Counted from the stretch's first letter, positions 27,147-37,662 are shown. The stretch: 54,955 nucleotides of DNA from a bacterium (GCA_037143195.1 JBAWZD010000004.1:1-54955), one strand, 5' to 3'. Made by a program: numbers and translations. Notes: a model not told the origin generated them from the sequence alone.

Positions 27147-29090
27147 ATGCCACGCATTCCATTTGGATCGGGGGGAGAGGACGAAAACAAGGTTCACAAT
27201 CTCGATGATGTAAACGATCGTCTGTATCGTCGTGATTTGGCCGACCGTAAACCTCGCCGTATTGATTCACTGCATGCGCGACGCTTCAGCGTCAACCAAG
27301 ATTGGGTCAAAGAAACCATCACCAAAGAAAATGTCGAGAAGGTTGCAACGCACCCGTCCATCTTCCGCAAGTTTTTCTATTTCTCACTCGGCTTTGCTGG
27401 ACTCGCCGTTGTCTTTTCAATGTTCATCTTGTTCACCGGAAGCAACACAATTTCAAACAATGAAATTGATATCAACGTACTCGGCAATTCATTCGTTGCT
27501 GGTGGAGAAGAATTGCCACTACAAGTCGAAGTTGTAAACAAAAATTCAAGTGCGCTTGAACTTTCCGACCTTTTCATCGAATACGACAAGGGTGGTGACG
27601 CGACGAGTGGTGCAGGTCATGTCCGCGATGTGAATTCGCTCGGCACGATCGGTGCAGGCAAGACTGCGACCAAAACATTTAATGCGACGCTGTATGGCAC
27701 AGAGGGAAGTGTTCAAGATATTACGTTTACACTTCAGTATCGTCTCTCGGGTTCAAATGCAATCTTCGTAAAGACGAGCACATTTCCGGTGACGATTAGT
27801 TCGGCACCAGTTGCGCTGTCTGTTGATGCTCCGCAAAATGTTACACCAAACCAAGAGCTCACTTTTACTGTCAAAACGAAATCAAATTCAAAAAATACGC
27901 TCTCAGGTATGTTGCTCCACATTGATTATCCAACTGGTTTCAATTTTACCAAAGCTGACCCAACTCCTGATTCTATAAACAACACATGGAATTTGGGCGA
28001 TCTCGCACCGGGAGCTGAGCGCGATATCAAAATCACTGGAACGGTGTATGGTCAGGACGGAGAAGACCGAGCCTTTCATATCTATACAGGCTCAGCGAGT
28101 GACGCAGACAAGACGAAGATTGGTGTTACCTACAATTCGTTCCTTGATACGGTGAGCCTCGTGAAGCCATTCATTGGAGCACAGCTCGCAATCAATGGCG
28201 TCGTCGCAGACACGGTCCCAATCAAAAGTTCGGGTCAGGTGAATGTTCAGGTCACCTACGCAAACAACCTTCCAACGATTGTGACAAATGCCGAAGTCAC
28301 ACTCCAACTTTCAGGGAATGCGCTCGATACTTCATCGGTGAATGTACCAAGTGGTTTCTACAATTCCTCAAATCATACCGTCGTCTGGAATTCGACGACA
28401 GAGCCAGCGCTTGGAACATTGCAACCATCTGACCAAGGGCAACTCAATCTTACATTCAGTGTGTTACCACTCGTTTCTTCGGGAACAACACTTGCATCGC
28501 CCCAAGTAAAACTTTCACTTTCGATGAAGGGCAAACAACCAGATCAAGGTGGTATGGTGAGTGAAATTACCAATACAACAATTGCGACCGCTGTCGTGAG
28601 TTCTGATCTTGGTTTTACAATGCAACCTTCATACTATTCAGGGCCATTTTCAAATACTGGACCTATCCCACCAAAGGCAGAACAACCAACAACATATACG
28701 GTCACATGGGCAGTGACCAACTCTGCGAATGCACTTTCGAATGCGAGTGCCGTTGCACAGCTTCCAACGTATGTCGATTGGGTGGGTACTATTTCTCCAC
28801 AAGGTGAACTAATCACGTATGACGACACGACACGCACCGTCCATTGGAATATCGGGCAAGTGCCGATTGGAACAGGAATTACGGCGAACCCTCGAATTGT
28901 TTCTTTCCAAGTTCGCCTCAATCCATCGACGTCTCAGATCGGAAGTACACCAAAACTTGTGCTTGACGCGACAGTGACCGCAAAAGATTCCTTTACCGGA
29001 GAGGCACTCAGTATGAATCGATATTCGATTTCAACACTCTTGCAAAATGACTCAGGTTTTCCTGCCGGCGGGCAGATAGTTACAAAGTAG
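27147..29090 (+). CDS. Membrane-anchored protein with tandem Ig/beta-sandwich domains
   Basis: One TM helix near aa 75-100 followed by beta-rich repeats (WNLGDLAPG, TYTVTW.VTN). Confidence 0.85.
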   Translation: MPRIPFGSGGEDENKVHNLDDVNDRLYRRDLADRKPRRIDSLHARRFSVNQDWVKETITKENVEKVATHPSIFRKFFYFSLGFAGLAVVFSMFILFTGSNTISNNEIDINVLGNSFVAGGEELPLQVEVVNKNSSALELSDLFIEYDKGGDATSGAGHVRDVNSLGTIGAGKTATKTFNATLYGTEGSVQDITFTLQYRLSGSNAIFVKTSTFPVTISSAPVALSVDAPQNVTPNQELTFTVKTKSNSKNTLSGMLLHIDYPTGFNFTKADPTPDSINNTWNLGDLAPGAERDIKITGTVYGQDGEDRAFHIYTGSASDADKTKIGVTYNSFLDTVSLVKPFIGAQLAINGVVADTVPIKSSGQVNVQVTYANNLPTIVTNAEVTLQLSGNALDTSSVNVPSGFYNSSNHTVVWNSTTEPALGTLQPSDQGQLNLTFSVLPLVSSGTTLASPQVKLSLSMKGKQPDQGGMVSEITNTTIATAVVSSDLGFTMQPSYYSGPFSNTGPIPPKAEQPTTYTVTWAVTNSANALSNASAVAQLPTYVDWVGTISPQGELITYDDTTRTVHWNIGQVPIGTGITANPRIVSFQVRLNPSTSQIGSTPKLVLDATVTAKDSFTGEALSMNRYSISTLLQNDSGFPAGGQIVTK

Positions 29091-29135
29091 GCGAGAGTAT
29101 GGTAGAACTGAGAGAGACCTAATAACCTAAAATAT

Positions 29136-30488
29136 ATGAACGAAAACACAGACAACCTCATGGAGAAGATTCAGTCGCTTGCCAAGCGTCGTGGCTTTGT
29201 ATACCAAGGCTCGGAGATATACGGTGGCCTCGCAGGTACATGGGATTACGGCCCACTCGGTGTCGCCCTCAAGAACAATATCAAAGACGCATGGCGCAAG
29301 AAATTCGTCTCATCCAAGAGCGATATGTATGAAGTCGATGCGGCCATTCTCATGAACCCAAAGGTCTGGGAGACGAGTGGACACGTCGCGGGATTTTCTG
29401 ATCCGCTTGTTGAGTGTCCAAAATGTAAAAATCGTTTTCGTGAAGACCAAGTCGAGGATTCAAAAAAGAATCCTGGCACAAAAGATTGTCCAAATTGTGG
29501 CACGACGCTCGGCACCGCACGTCAATTTAATATGATGTTCGCGACTCAGATTGGTGCGGTGCAGGATTCATCTTCTACTGTATATCTTCGTCCAGAAACT
29601 GCAGCCGGCATGTTCGTGAATTTCAAAAACATCATCGACAGTTTCCATCCGAAGCTTCCGTTTGGTATGGCACAGATTGGGAAGGCATTCCGCAACGAGA
29701 TCACTCCGCGCGACTTCGTATTTCGCGTACGTGAATTTGAGCAGATGGAAATCGAATATTTTGTGAAGCCAGAAGATTGGCAGAAATATTTTGAATATTT
29801 TAAAGATTCGATGCTCGAATGGATGGAAGAAGTTGGTATCGACATGCAGAAAGTTCACGAGCTTGAAGTCGCAAAAGAAGACCTTGCGCACTATTCAGAC
29901 CGCACCGTCGATTTCGAATTTGATTTCCCATTCGGACGCAAAGAATTGTTTGGTCTCGCATACCGCAAAGATTTCGATCTCGGTAGTCACTCACGTGGCT
30001 CAAGTGTCGACCTCTCATACCAAGACGAAGAATCAAAATCAAAGATTATGCCTCACGTGATCGAGCCGTCGTTTGGCGTTGATCGCAGTGTGCTCGCCTT
30101 GCTTTCATCTGCCTATGCAGAAGAAGAAAAGGAAGGGGAGACGCGTTCATATCTCAAATTCAAACCCTCAATCGCGCCAGTCATTTGTGCCGTCAGTCCG
30201 CTCCTCAAGAACAAACCCGCTCTCGTCGAGAAAGCACAGTACGTCTACGGCATGCTCAAGGCTGAATTCGGTCGCGTCATGTGGGACGACAATGGCAACA
30301 TCGGCAAGCGCTACCGCCGTCAGGACGAAATCGGCACACCATGGTGCATCGTCATCGACTTCGACACGCTCGGTGAAGATCATGCCGATTTCAAAGACAC
30401 AGTCACCGTGCGTGATCGTGATACTGGATCACAAAAGCGTGTTCCGATTGCCGACCTCATCACTACTATTCGCGCAGAACTTGTATAA
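29136..30488 (+). CDS. glyQS: Glycyl-tRNA synthetase, alpha2 (eukaryote-like) type
   Basis: EIYGGLAGTWDYGPLG, YLRPETA, QIGKAFRNEI, FRVREFEQME and IGKRYRRQDEIG motifs. Confidence 0.97.
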   Translation: MNENTDNLMEKIQSLAKRRGFVYQGSEIYGGLAGTWDYGPLGVALKNNIKDAWRKKFVSSKSDMYEVDAAILMNPKVWETSGHVAGFSDPLVECPKCKNRFREDQVEDSKKNPGTKDCPNCGTTLGTARQFNMMFATQIGAVQDSSSTVYLRPETAAGMFVNFKNIIDSFHPKLPFGMAQIGKAFRNEITPRDFVFRVREFEQMEIEYFVKPEDWQKYFEYFKDSMLEWMEEVGIDMQKVHELEVAKEDLAHYSDRTVDFEFDFPFGRKELFGLAYRKDFDLGSHSRGSSVDLSYQDEESKSKIMPHVIEPSFGVDRSVLALLSSAYAEEEKEGETRSYLKFKPSIAPVICAVSPLLKNKPALVEKAQYVYGMLKAEFGRVMWDDNGNIGKRYRRQDEIGTPWCIVIDFDTLGEDHADFKDTVTVRDRDTGSQKRVPIADLITTIRAELV

Positions 30489-30493
30489 AAAAT

Positions 30494-31768
30494 ATGAACT
30501 ACACAAAAACAAAACTCAAAAACGGGTTGCGCGTTATCACCGTACCCATGAAGGACAACCCGACTGTGACGGTGCTTGTGCTCGTTGAGACTGGTTCAAA
30601 ATATGAGACCAAAGAGAAGAATGGTATTTCGCATTTCCTCGAACACATGTGTTTTAAGGGGACAGAGAAGCGTCCAACGGCACATTCTATCAGTGCTGAA
30701 CTCGATGGACTTGGCTCTCAATATAATGCATTCACGGGTCAAGAATATACTGGCTACTATGCCAAAAGTGACGCGAAACATTTCAAACAAGTCTTCGACG
30801 TTGTTTCCGATATTTACCTCAACTCAACATTCCCAGAAGCGGAAATGGAAAAGGAAAAGGGCGTGATCGTAGAAGAGATCAATATGTACGAGGACATGCC
30901 ACATCGACATGTGCAGGATCTTTTCGTGGGGCTTCTGTATGGCGATCAGCCCGCTGGATGGAATATCGCGGGAAGTCGCGAGAATGTCCGCGCAATGACA
31001 CGCAATGATTTCGTCGCATACAAAAAAGCACACTACGTGCCAAAGGCAACGACCGTCATTGTCGCGGGTAAAGTCAAAGAAAAAGAAGTTGCCAAAGAAA
31101 TCGCGCGTGTGTTTGGTTCACTCAAATCAACTGCAAAATCTACCAAGAAAGCGACTGTCGATACACAATCAAAATCAGCCGTGCATTTGGCATACAAGAA
31201 GACAGACCAAACACATCTCGTGCTTGGTGTTCGCACTTTTGATACCTACGACAAGCGCAATATGTCGCTCGCCGTACTTGCGACTATTCTCGGTGGAGGT
31301 ATGAGTTCACGCCTCTTTGTGAAGCTTCGTGAAGAGCTCGGCGTCGCATACTACGTGCGCGCTTCAAGTGACAATTCTACGGATCACGGATTCTTCGAAA
31401 TTGCCGCCGGTGTTTCGAACGATCGCGTTCACGAAGTCATCCGAGAAATTCTCGCCGAATGCGCGCGCATAGCCGCAAACCCAGTCGGTGCCGAAGAGCT
31501 CGCAAAAGCCAAAGAATACATGGCAGGGAACATGAAGCTCGAACTTGAATCGTCCGATGCATGGTCCAATTTCTACGGAGGTCAGGAAGTCATGCGAAAG
31601 AAGATCAAGACTCCCGAAGAAGTTGAACGCCTCATTCGTAAAGTCACCGCCAAAGATGTTCAAAAAATCGCTCAAACTATCTTCACCGACAAGCATCTCA
31701 ACCTTGCGCTGATTGGTCCATTTGAGGATACAAAGCCATTTTTGACTGAACTTACATTTAAGGCCTAA
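30494..31768 (+). CDS. M16 (pitrilysin-family) metallopeptidase
   Basis: Inverted zinc motif HFLEHM, NAFT, EKGVIVEE and GGGMSSRLF. Confidence 0.95.
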   Translation: MNYTKTKLKNGLRVITVPMKDNPTVTVLVLVETGSKYETKEKNGISHFLEHMCFKGTEKRPTAHSISAELDGLGSQYNAFTGQEYTGYYAKSDAKHFKQVFDVVSDIYLNSTFPEAEMEKEKGVIVEEINMYEDMPHRHVQDLFVGLLYGDQPAGWNIAGSRENVRAMTRNDFVAYKKAHYVPKATTVIVAGKVKEKEVAKEIARVFGSLKSTAKSTKKATVDTQSKSAVHLAYKKTDQTHLVLGVRTFDTYDKRNMSLAVLATILGGGMSSRLFVKLREELGVAYYVRASSDNSTDHGFFEIAAGVSNDRVHEVIREILAECARIAANPVGAEELAKAKEYMAGNMKLELESSDAWSNFYGGQEVMRKKIKTPEEVERLIRKVTAKDVQKIAQTIFTDKHLNLALIGPFEDTKPFLTELTFKA

Positions 31769-31787
31769 CTAGTGCTATTATTGGGTT

Positions 31788-32798
31788 ATGGACAAGATCG
31801 AAACCCAAAAAATACAGGTGAGTGAGCGCAGTATCGTCTACGGCGTGTTGTTTATCGTTTTTCTCGCCATGCTCTACTATTTGCGCGAGCTCGTCTACGT
31901 ATTCCTCACTTCAATTGTTATCGCCTCATTCGTCGAGTCAGCGGTGCGCCGATTTCACAAGCATGGCGTGCGTCGCACGATTGCGGTGATGATTATTTAC
32001 TTCCTCGTGCTCCTTATTTGTGGTGGGTTGTTGTACCTCTTCATTCCGGTATTCTTGTCGCAGTTTGGTCAGTTCTCTTCATTCATCGACAAATATTTGC
32101 CCGCGACTACGTCGCTCGGCACCACGGACGGATTCAACGTCTCAAACATCTTTCAGAATTTCCAATCGCTCGCATCAGGGGAGACAGGAGGTGCACTGCA
32201 AACTGCAATCGCGCTCTTTGGAGGATTGTTCAACTTCGTTATTCTCATTGTGCTCTCGTTCTATCTTTCAATCAACGACAAAGGTATTGAAACATTTCTT
32301 CGTATTGTCACTCCTGCGCGCTATTCTGACTATGCAGTCGATTTGTGGTACCGCACCGAGCGCAAAATCGGATTGTGGTTTCAAGGACAACTTTTGCTCG
32401 CGCTCCTTGTCGGTGTGTTGATCTATCTCGGCCTCCTCATTTTTAATGTGCAGTATTCATTGCTCCTTGCTTTGCTCGCCGCTGTTATGGAGCTCATTCC
32501 GTTTGGTATTATTCTCGCCTCGATTCCGGCGATTGCGGCCGGATTTTCGGGTCATAGCGCAACAGGTGCATTTGAAGTCGCGGGACTGTATCTCATCGTG
32601 CATCAATTTGAACTGAACCTCATCTCGCCACTCATCGTGCAAAAGGTCGTGGGCGTCTCATCGCTCATGGTTGTGCTCTCACTTCTCGTCGGACTCAAAT
32701 TGGCGGGCTTCTGGGGTGTCGTACTCGCGATCCCAGCGACTGTGCTCCTGATGGAATTCCTCGCCGATGTCAAAAAGAAGAAGGGTTTGCCGATTTAA
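31788..32798 (+). CDS. AI-2E (PerM) family transporter
   Basis: Multiple TM segments; ELIP..G, HQFE.NLI.P and GFWGVVLAIP motifs. Confidence 0.9.
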   Translation: MDKIETQKIQVSERSIVYGVLFIVFLAMLYYLRELVYVFLTSIVIASFVESAVRRFHKHGVRRTIAVMIIYFLVLLICGGLLYLFIPVFLSQFGQFSSFIDKYLPATTSLGTTDGFNVSNIFQNFQSLASGETGGALQTAIALFGGLFNFVILIVLSFYLSINDKGIETFLRIVTPARYSDYAVDLWYRTERKIGLWFQGQLLLALLVGVLIYLGLLIFNVQYSLLLALLAAVMELIPFGIILASIPAIAAGFSGHSATGAFEVAGLYLIVHQFELNLISPLIVQKVVGVSSLMVVLSLLVGLKLAGFWGVVLAIPATVLLMEFLADVKKKKGLPI

Positions 32799-32822
32799 CA
32801 AAGCCGTGTAGTATCAATAATC

Positions 32823-34277
32823 ATGTCCAAAAACTTCTACCTCACCACGACACTTCCGTACGTAAATGCCGACCTCCATATGGGTCATGCGCTTGAATTC
32901 GTGCGTGCTGATATCATCGCTCGATCCAAAAAGGCTGAAGGATATGAGGTTTTTTTCAATACAGGGACTGACGAGCACGGCATGAAGATATATGAGAAGG
33001 CTGTCGCGAATGGCCAGACACCACAAGAATTCGTCGACGCGAGCTTCGCTCGCTTCCAAGACTCTGTCAAAATCTTCGGTCTCGACGAAAGTATCATTCA
33101 CTACGCGCGCACGACGAATCCGAGTCACGAGAAAGCTGCCCAAGAATTCTGGCGTCGCTGTGACCAGAATGGATATATCTACAAAAAGAATTACCAAACG
33201 AAATATTGTGTTGGTTGTGAGGAAGCAAAGACAGATTCAGAACTCGTGAACGGTGAGTGTCCGGTACACCCAGGTCGCGCACTTGAGATCATCGAAGAAG
33301 AAAATTATTTCTTCAAATATTCTGCGTTCACCGACAAGCTCACTGCGTTTTATGCGACGCGTCCAGATTTTGTTGTGCCCGATTTTCGTTTTAATGAAAT
33401 CAAAGCATTCGTCGCACGTGGACTCGAAGATTTTTCTATCTCACGCTTGAAGACCAAAATGCCATGGGGGATTCCGGTCCCAGGTGATGACAATCACGTT
33501 ATGTATGTGTGGTTTGATGCACTCACAAACTATATCTCCACGCTCGGTTGGCCTGATGCTGAAAGTGTCGCAAGTGGCGATTTCAAAAAGTTTTGGGTTG
33601 AAGGAACACCAACGCAGTACTGTGGCAAAGACAATCTTCGTTTCCAATCAGCAATGTGGCAAGCCATGCTCATGGCAGCCGACGTACCCAACTCGCATCA
33701 GATAGTCATCAACGGATTCATCACAGCTGACGGCGGAGTGAAGATGAGCAAGACACTCGGCAACGTCGTCGACCCAAAAGATATTGTCGCGGAATATGGC
33801 ACTGACGCACTTCGATTTTTCCTTGCGAAGGAAATCTCAAGTTTTGAGGATAGTCCATTTACACCGGAGCGATTTAAAGCTGCGTACAATGCGCACCTTG
33901 CGAACGGAATTGGGAATTTGTCCTCTCGTATTTTGACGCTTTCAGAAAAACATCTTTCTAAGTGTCCGAGTCTCGAGGCGTCAGTTGTGCCAGAACAGTT
34001 CATTCAAGAAATCCATGCATTTGATATTCAAAAGGCAACAACATTTGTATGGTCCAAAGTACAAGAGCTCGACCAGACAATACAGTCGACCGAACCATTC
34101 AAGGTGGTCAAGCTAGACGAGGTGAAAGGCAAAGAACTCATAACCGATCTCGTTGTGAAGCTCAATACGATAGCTCTGATGCTTCAATCAATCATGCCCG
34201 CAACGGCAACAAAAATACTTGCTCAAATTCAAGCAAACAAGAAACCAGAAGCACCACTCTTTTTGCGTAAAGAATAA
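32823..34277 (+). CDS. metG: Methionyl-tRNA synthetase (short form)
   Basis: TTTLPYVN..LHMGHA, GTDEHG, YVWFDAL and KMSKTLGN motifs. Confidence 0.97.
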   Translation: MSKNFYLTTTLPYVNADLHMGHALEFVRADIIARSKKAEGYEVFFNTGTDEHGMKIYEKAVANGQTPQEFVDASFARFQDSVKIFGLDESIIHYARTTNPSHEKAAQEFWRRCDQNGYIYKKNYQTKYCVGCEEAKTDSELVNGECPVHPGRALEIIEEENYFFKYSAFTDKLTAFYATRPDFVVPDFRFNEIKAFVARGLEDFSISRLKTKMPWGIPVPGDDNHVMYVWFDALTNYISTLGWPDAESVASGDFKKFWVEGTPTQYCGKDNLRFQSAMWQAMLMAADVPNSHQIVINGFITADGGVKMSKTLGNVVDPKDIVAEYGTDALRFFLAKEISSFEDSPFTPERFKAAYNAHLANGIGNLSSRILTLSEKHLSKCPSLEASVVPEQFIQEIHAFDIQKATTFVWSKVQELDQTIQSTEPFKVVKLDEVKGKELITDLVVKLNTIALMLQSIMPATATKILAQIQANKKPEAPLFLRKE

Positions 34278-34280
34278 TAT

Positions 34281-35126
34281 ATGGACCCAAAATATTGCGA
34301 CGTACATGCTCATGTGAATTTTAAAGCTTTCGATGAAGATCGAGAGGCGACTATGGCGCGTGCGCTCGAAGCAGGCGTGCATGTGATGAATGTGGGTACT
34401 CAGCAAGATACGTCGAAGTTTGCCGTTGAGATTGCAAACCGCTACCCGCATGGAGTTTATGCTGCGATTGCACTTCATCCAGTGCATACGTCGAAATCAC
34501 ATCACGATGTCAAAGAGCTTGGCGAAGAGGGCAAAGCATTCACTTCACGCGGAGAAGCATTCGATCCGAGCTTTTATGAAGCACTCGCGATGGATCCCAA
34601 AGTCCGCGCAATTGGAGAGTGTGGACTCGACTACTACCATATGGAAAGTGCTGACAATGATCCTGCTCTTGGTCAGGAAATCATTGATCGTCAGAAAAAA
34701 ATTTTCATCCAGCATATCGAGGTCGCAAACAAAGTTGGGAAGCCACTCATGTGCCACATTCGAAACGCTTACAAAGACGCCGCCGATATTCTCCGTGAAC
34801 ATGCCAAAGTCAAAGGGGACATTCATTTCTTCGCGGGCACATGGGAAGAAGCGAAGCTTTTCATTGATCTCGGATTCACACTTTCATTTACTGGCGTCAT
34901 TACATTCACGAGCGATTATGACGAAGTCGTGCGCAACACTCCGCTCGACATGATGCTCACCGAGACGGATTGTCCATACATCACGCCAAAGCCATTCCGA
35001 GGCAAGCGCAACGAACCAATGCACGTTCGCGAAGTCGTCAAAGCCATCGCCCGCATCAAAGGCCTCGACGAAGAACTCGTCCGCGCCCAGCTCGTTCTAA
35101 ACGCAAAACGAGTATTTGGATTCTAA
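34281..35126 (+). CDS. tatD: TatD family nuclease
   Basis: DVHAH, IGECGLDY, CHIR, HFF and ETDCPY motifs. Confidence 0.95.
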   Translation: MDPKYCDVHAHVNFKAFDEDREATMARALEAGVHVMNVGTQQDTSKFAVEIANRYPHGVYAAIALHPVHTSKSHHDVKELGEEGKAFTSRGEAFDPSFYEALAMDPKVRAIGECGLDYYHMESADNDPALGQEIIDRQKKIFIQHIEVANKVGKPLMCHIRNAYKDAADILREHAKVKGDIHFFAGTWEEAKLFIDLGFTLSFTGVITFTSDYDEVVRNTPLDMMLTETDCPYITPKPFRGKRNEPMHVREVVKAIARIKGLDEELVRAQLVLNAKRVFGF

Positions 35127-35136
35127 AAAATAACCT

Positions 35137-35739
35137 ATGAGTGATCAAACCTATTGGAAGAATAAGTGGAAATCACGAGCCAAAGAGCCGGCCAATAATT
35201 TTGCGGTACGGGCATACAAGCTGGTTGAGGATAAAAAATATACAACCCTTTTAGATGTTGGGTGCGGTAATGGGCGCGATTCTCTCTACTTCGCAGAGCA
35301 CGGATTCAAAGTAACTGCCGTTGATTTTGCTTCGAGTGGTATCAAACAATTGCAGTTAGAAAATCCTGCTATTTCATGTGTGTTCTCTGACATTACACAA
35401 ATGAATTTTAAGGCGAATTCGTTTGATGTAATCTATGCGCATTTGAGTCTCCACTATTTCGACGACGAAATGACGACCAAAATCTTTGCTGATTTGTACA
35501 AAATGCTCAAGAAGGGAGGCACTATTTTTGTAAAATGTAAGTCAGTCGACGATGCATTGTACGGGAAAGGCAAAAAAGTTGGAGAACATATGTATAAGGA
35601 CGACCACGTTCGCCACTTTTTCTCGAAAGAGTATATGTTCGAAAAGCTCCACGATTTCAGTATCATAAAAATTCGAAAAACGTCGTCCGTGTACCACCAT
35701 TACAAGTCGGCATTTATTGAGGCGGTCGCGACGAAGTAA
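35137..35739 (+). CDS. Class I SAM-dependent methyltransferase
   Basis: LLDVGCGNGRD, AVDF and FDVIYAHLSLHY motifs. Confidence 0.92.
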   Translation: MSDQTYWKNKWKSRAKEPANNFAVRAYKLVEDKKYTTLLDVGCGNGRDSLYFAEHGFKVTAVDFASSGIKQLQLENPAISCVFSDITQMNFKANSFDVIYAHLSLHYFDDEMTTKIFADLYKMLKKGGTIFVKCKSVDDALYGKGKKVGEHMYKDDHVRHFFSKEYMFEKLHDFSIIKIRKTSSVYHHYKSAFIEAVATK

Positions 35740-35742
35740 ACT

Positions 35743-36252
35743 ATGGATACAACAATCGAAATTCTCACCGTCGACAATTGGCAGATTTTGAAAGAGCTGT
35801 GGCTTGAGGCGTTGCAAAGTGATTCTATCGCCTACGGTTCTTCCTACGAAGAAAATGTTGGGTTGAGTGACGACGAGTGGCGCAAGAAATTTGAAGCTGG
35901 ACCCAAATACGTCGCGCGCGTAGATGGGGAACCTGTCGGTCTCGTTGGTGTGCGATATGAGAAAACAAAAAAAGTTGAGCATGTTGCTCATATTGTTGGT
36001 TTTTACGTCGACCCAGCGTTTCGAGGAAGGGGAATTGGACGTAAACTTATGGAGCGAGCACTTGATGATCTTCGAAAGCATCCCAAAATTACGAAAATTG
36101 AACTTGGAGTAAACGTTCTGCAAACGAGCGCTATCGCGCTCTACAAAAACCTCGGTTTTGTAGAAGAAGGGGTGCTTCACAGGGCAACAAAAATCGGGGA
36201 TACCTACTACGACCACGCCCAAATGTACCTCCTGTTCCCGGACAAGCAATAA
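35743..36252 (+). CDS. GNAT acetyltransferase
   Basis: YVDPAFRGRGIGRKL and AIALYKNLGF motifs. Confidence 0.92.
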   Translation: MDTTIEILTVDNWQILKELWLEALQSDSIAYGSSYEENVGLSDDEWRKKFEAGPKYVARVDGEPVGLVGVRYEKTKKVEHVAHIVGFYVDPAFRGRGIGRKLMERALDDLRKHPKITKIELGVNVLQTSAIALYKNLGFVEEGVLHRATKIGDTYYDHAQMYLLFPDKQ

Positions 36253-36281
36253 TTGCCCAATTTCCGATTTCGTGTTAGTCT
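36253..36281 (+). promoter_or_regulatory. Promoter of rpsF-ssb-rpsR
   Basis: TTGCCC-17 nt-TAGTCT with an extended TGn motif. Confidence 0.6.
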
Positions 36282-36287
36282 CAAATA

Positions 36288-36366
36288 GTCTTGTTCGATA
36301 GGGCACTGATAGCCCTATCGCCATGGTCCGAAACAAGACGACAAGCCTTATTTTAAGGCTTTTATT
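36288..36366 (+). promoter_or_regulatory. Structured rpsF leader (candidate S6:S18 autoregulatory element) with terminator-like hairpin
   Basis: GTCTTGTT/AACAAGAC and CGATAGGGC/GCCCTATCG stems, then GCCTTA-TTT-TAAGGC followed by TTTTATT. Confidence 0.55.
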
Positions 36367-36390
36367 ACAAAGTTTTTGCAGATTATTCCA

Positions 36391-36879
36391 ATGGAAGAAA
36401 TGACCCAAACAGAAGGAAGCGAGAACGGAGTTTACGAACTCGGTTTCCTTCTTGTGCCAGATATCACGGAAGAAAAACTTCCTGAAGTATTTGGTACCCT
36501 CAAAGATTCTATCCTCGCCCGTGGCGCGGTAGCTATCTCTGAGGAGTTCCCTAAGCATATCCCACTCGCGTACACGATGGAGAAGACGATCAACAACAAG
36601 ATCGAGCGCTTCAACAACGGTTACTTCGGCTGGATCAAGTTTGAGCTCGAAGGACTCAAGGTTGCTGAACTCGAAGCAAGTCTTCGCCTTCGCACAGACG
36701 TTATCCGTCATCTTCTCGTCAGTACTGTTCGTGAGAATACGATTGCTAGTAAGAGGGGCTTCGGCGTTCGTCGACGCACGAAGGATGAGTCAGGTAAGGA
36801 GTCTGCTGCTCCCGAAATGTCAAAAGAAGAGATTGATCGCGAGATCGAAGCTCTTGTAGACGATAAGGCTGCAGCCTAA
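36391..36879 (+). CDS. rpsF: 30S ribosomal protein S6
   Basis: YELGFLL, LAYTM.K, GYFGWIKF and VIRHLLV motifs, in rpsF-ssb-rpsR synteny. Confidence 0.93.
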   Translation: MEEMTQTEGSENGVYELGFLLVPDITEEKLPEVFGTLKDSILARGAVAISEEFPKHIPLAYTMEKTINNKIERFNNGYFGWIKFELEGLKVAELEASLRLRTDVIRHLLVSTVRENTIASKRGFGVRRRTKDESGKESAAPEMSKEEIDREIEALVDDKAAA

Positions 36880-36883
36880 ATAC

Positions 36884-37348
36884 ATGTTTTACAACAAAGC
36901 GATCATCATTGGAAACGTTACACGCGACCCTGAGATCAAAGCATTACCGTCCGGTGCAAAAGTTACTTCACTTTCTGTTGCTACCAACCGTGTCTGGAAA
37001 GACCAAGCTGGTGCAAAGAAAGAACAAACTGATTTTCACAACGTCGTCGTCTTCGGTCGCCAAGCTGAGACTGTCGCACAATACATCAAGAAGGGTTCGA
37101 TGCTCATGATTGAGGGTCGCATTCAGACACGATCGTGGGATGGTGCAGATGGCAAGAAGAATTACCGTACAGAAATCGTTGCCGACCGAGTCCAGTTTGG
37201 ACCTCGTGGGGGCGCGACAGCAGGCGGTACGACAGTTGCTGGATCAAACGATCCACAGAGCAACAGTCCGATGAATCAAGGCGGAAAAGATGTCGAGACG
37301 ATTGACTATCCTGATGACGACATCAATGCTGAAGACATCCCGTTCTAA
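36884..37348 (+). CDS. ssb: Single-stranded DNA-binding protein
   Basis: NKAIIIGNVTRDPE, KKGS....EGR and the C-terminal DIPF tail. Confidence 0.97.
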   Translation: MFYNKAIIIGNVTRDPEIKALPSGAKVTSLSVATNRVWKDQAGAKKEQTDFHNVVVFGRQAETVAQYIKKGSMLMIEGRIQTRSWDGADGKKNYRTEIVADRVQFGPRGGATAGGTTVAGSNDPQSNSPMNQGGKDVETIDYPDDDINAEDIPF

Positions 37349-37377
37349 CCACCATTACTAGTATTCGATTATAGAAA

Positions 37378-37578
37378 ATGAAACAAGATTTTTTCTCATC
37401 AAACAACATCAAGCATGTCGACTACAAGGATCTTGAGGTAATCAAGAAATTCCTTGGGCCAACAGCAAAGATCATGTCTCGCCGCCGTACTGGACTCTCG
37501 TCTGGCAATCAGCGCAAAGTAGCGCTCGCGGTCAAGCGTGCACGATTCATGGGCCTTCTCCCATACATTCAGAAGTAG
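37378..37578 (+). CDS. rpsR: 30S ribosomal protein S18 (Cys-free form)
   Basis: VDYKD, RRRTG and QRKVALAVKRARFMGLLPY motifs. Confidence 0.96.
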   Translation: MKQDFFSSNNIKHVDYKDLEVIKKFLGPTAKIMSRRRTGLSSGNQRKVALAVKRARFMGLLPYIQK

Positions 37579-37597
37579 TTCTATTGCGGTTGCCCGC

Positions 37598-37636
37598 ACA
37601 AAACAAAACACGGCCTACGGCCGTGTTTTGTTTTGT
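37598..37636. terminator. Terminator after rpsR
   Basis: Perfect 18-bp inverted repeat ACAAAACAAAACACGGCC-TAC-GGCCGTGTTTTGTTTTGT. Confidence 0.8.
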
Positions 37637-37662
37637 ATGTACCAATGTGGGATAATTATCGA

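Noticed and set aside
18887-32822. T-boxes upstream of argS, glyQS and metG
   Set aside because: The intergenic gaps are 1-45 nt and contain no GGTGGNACC motif.
35542-36711. 389-aa minus-strand ORF
   Set aside because: It is an antisense shadow of the methyltransferase, GNAT, rpsF leader and rpsF, with no recognisable motifs.
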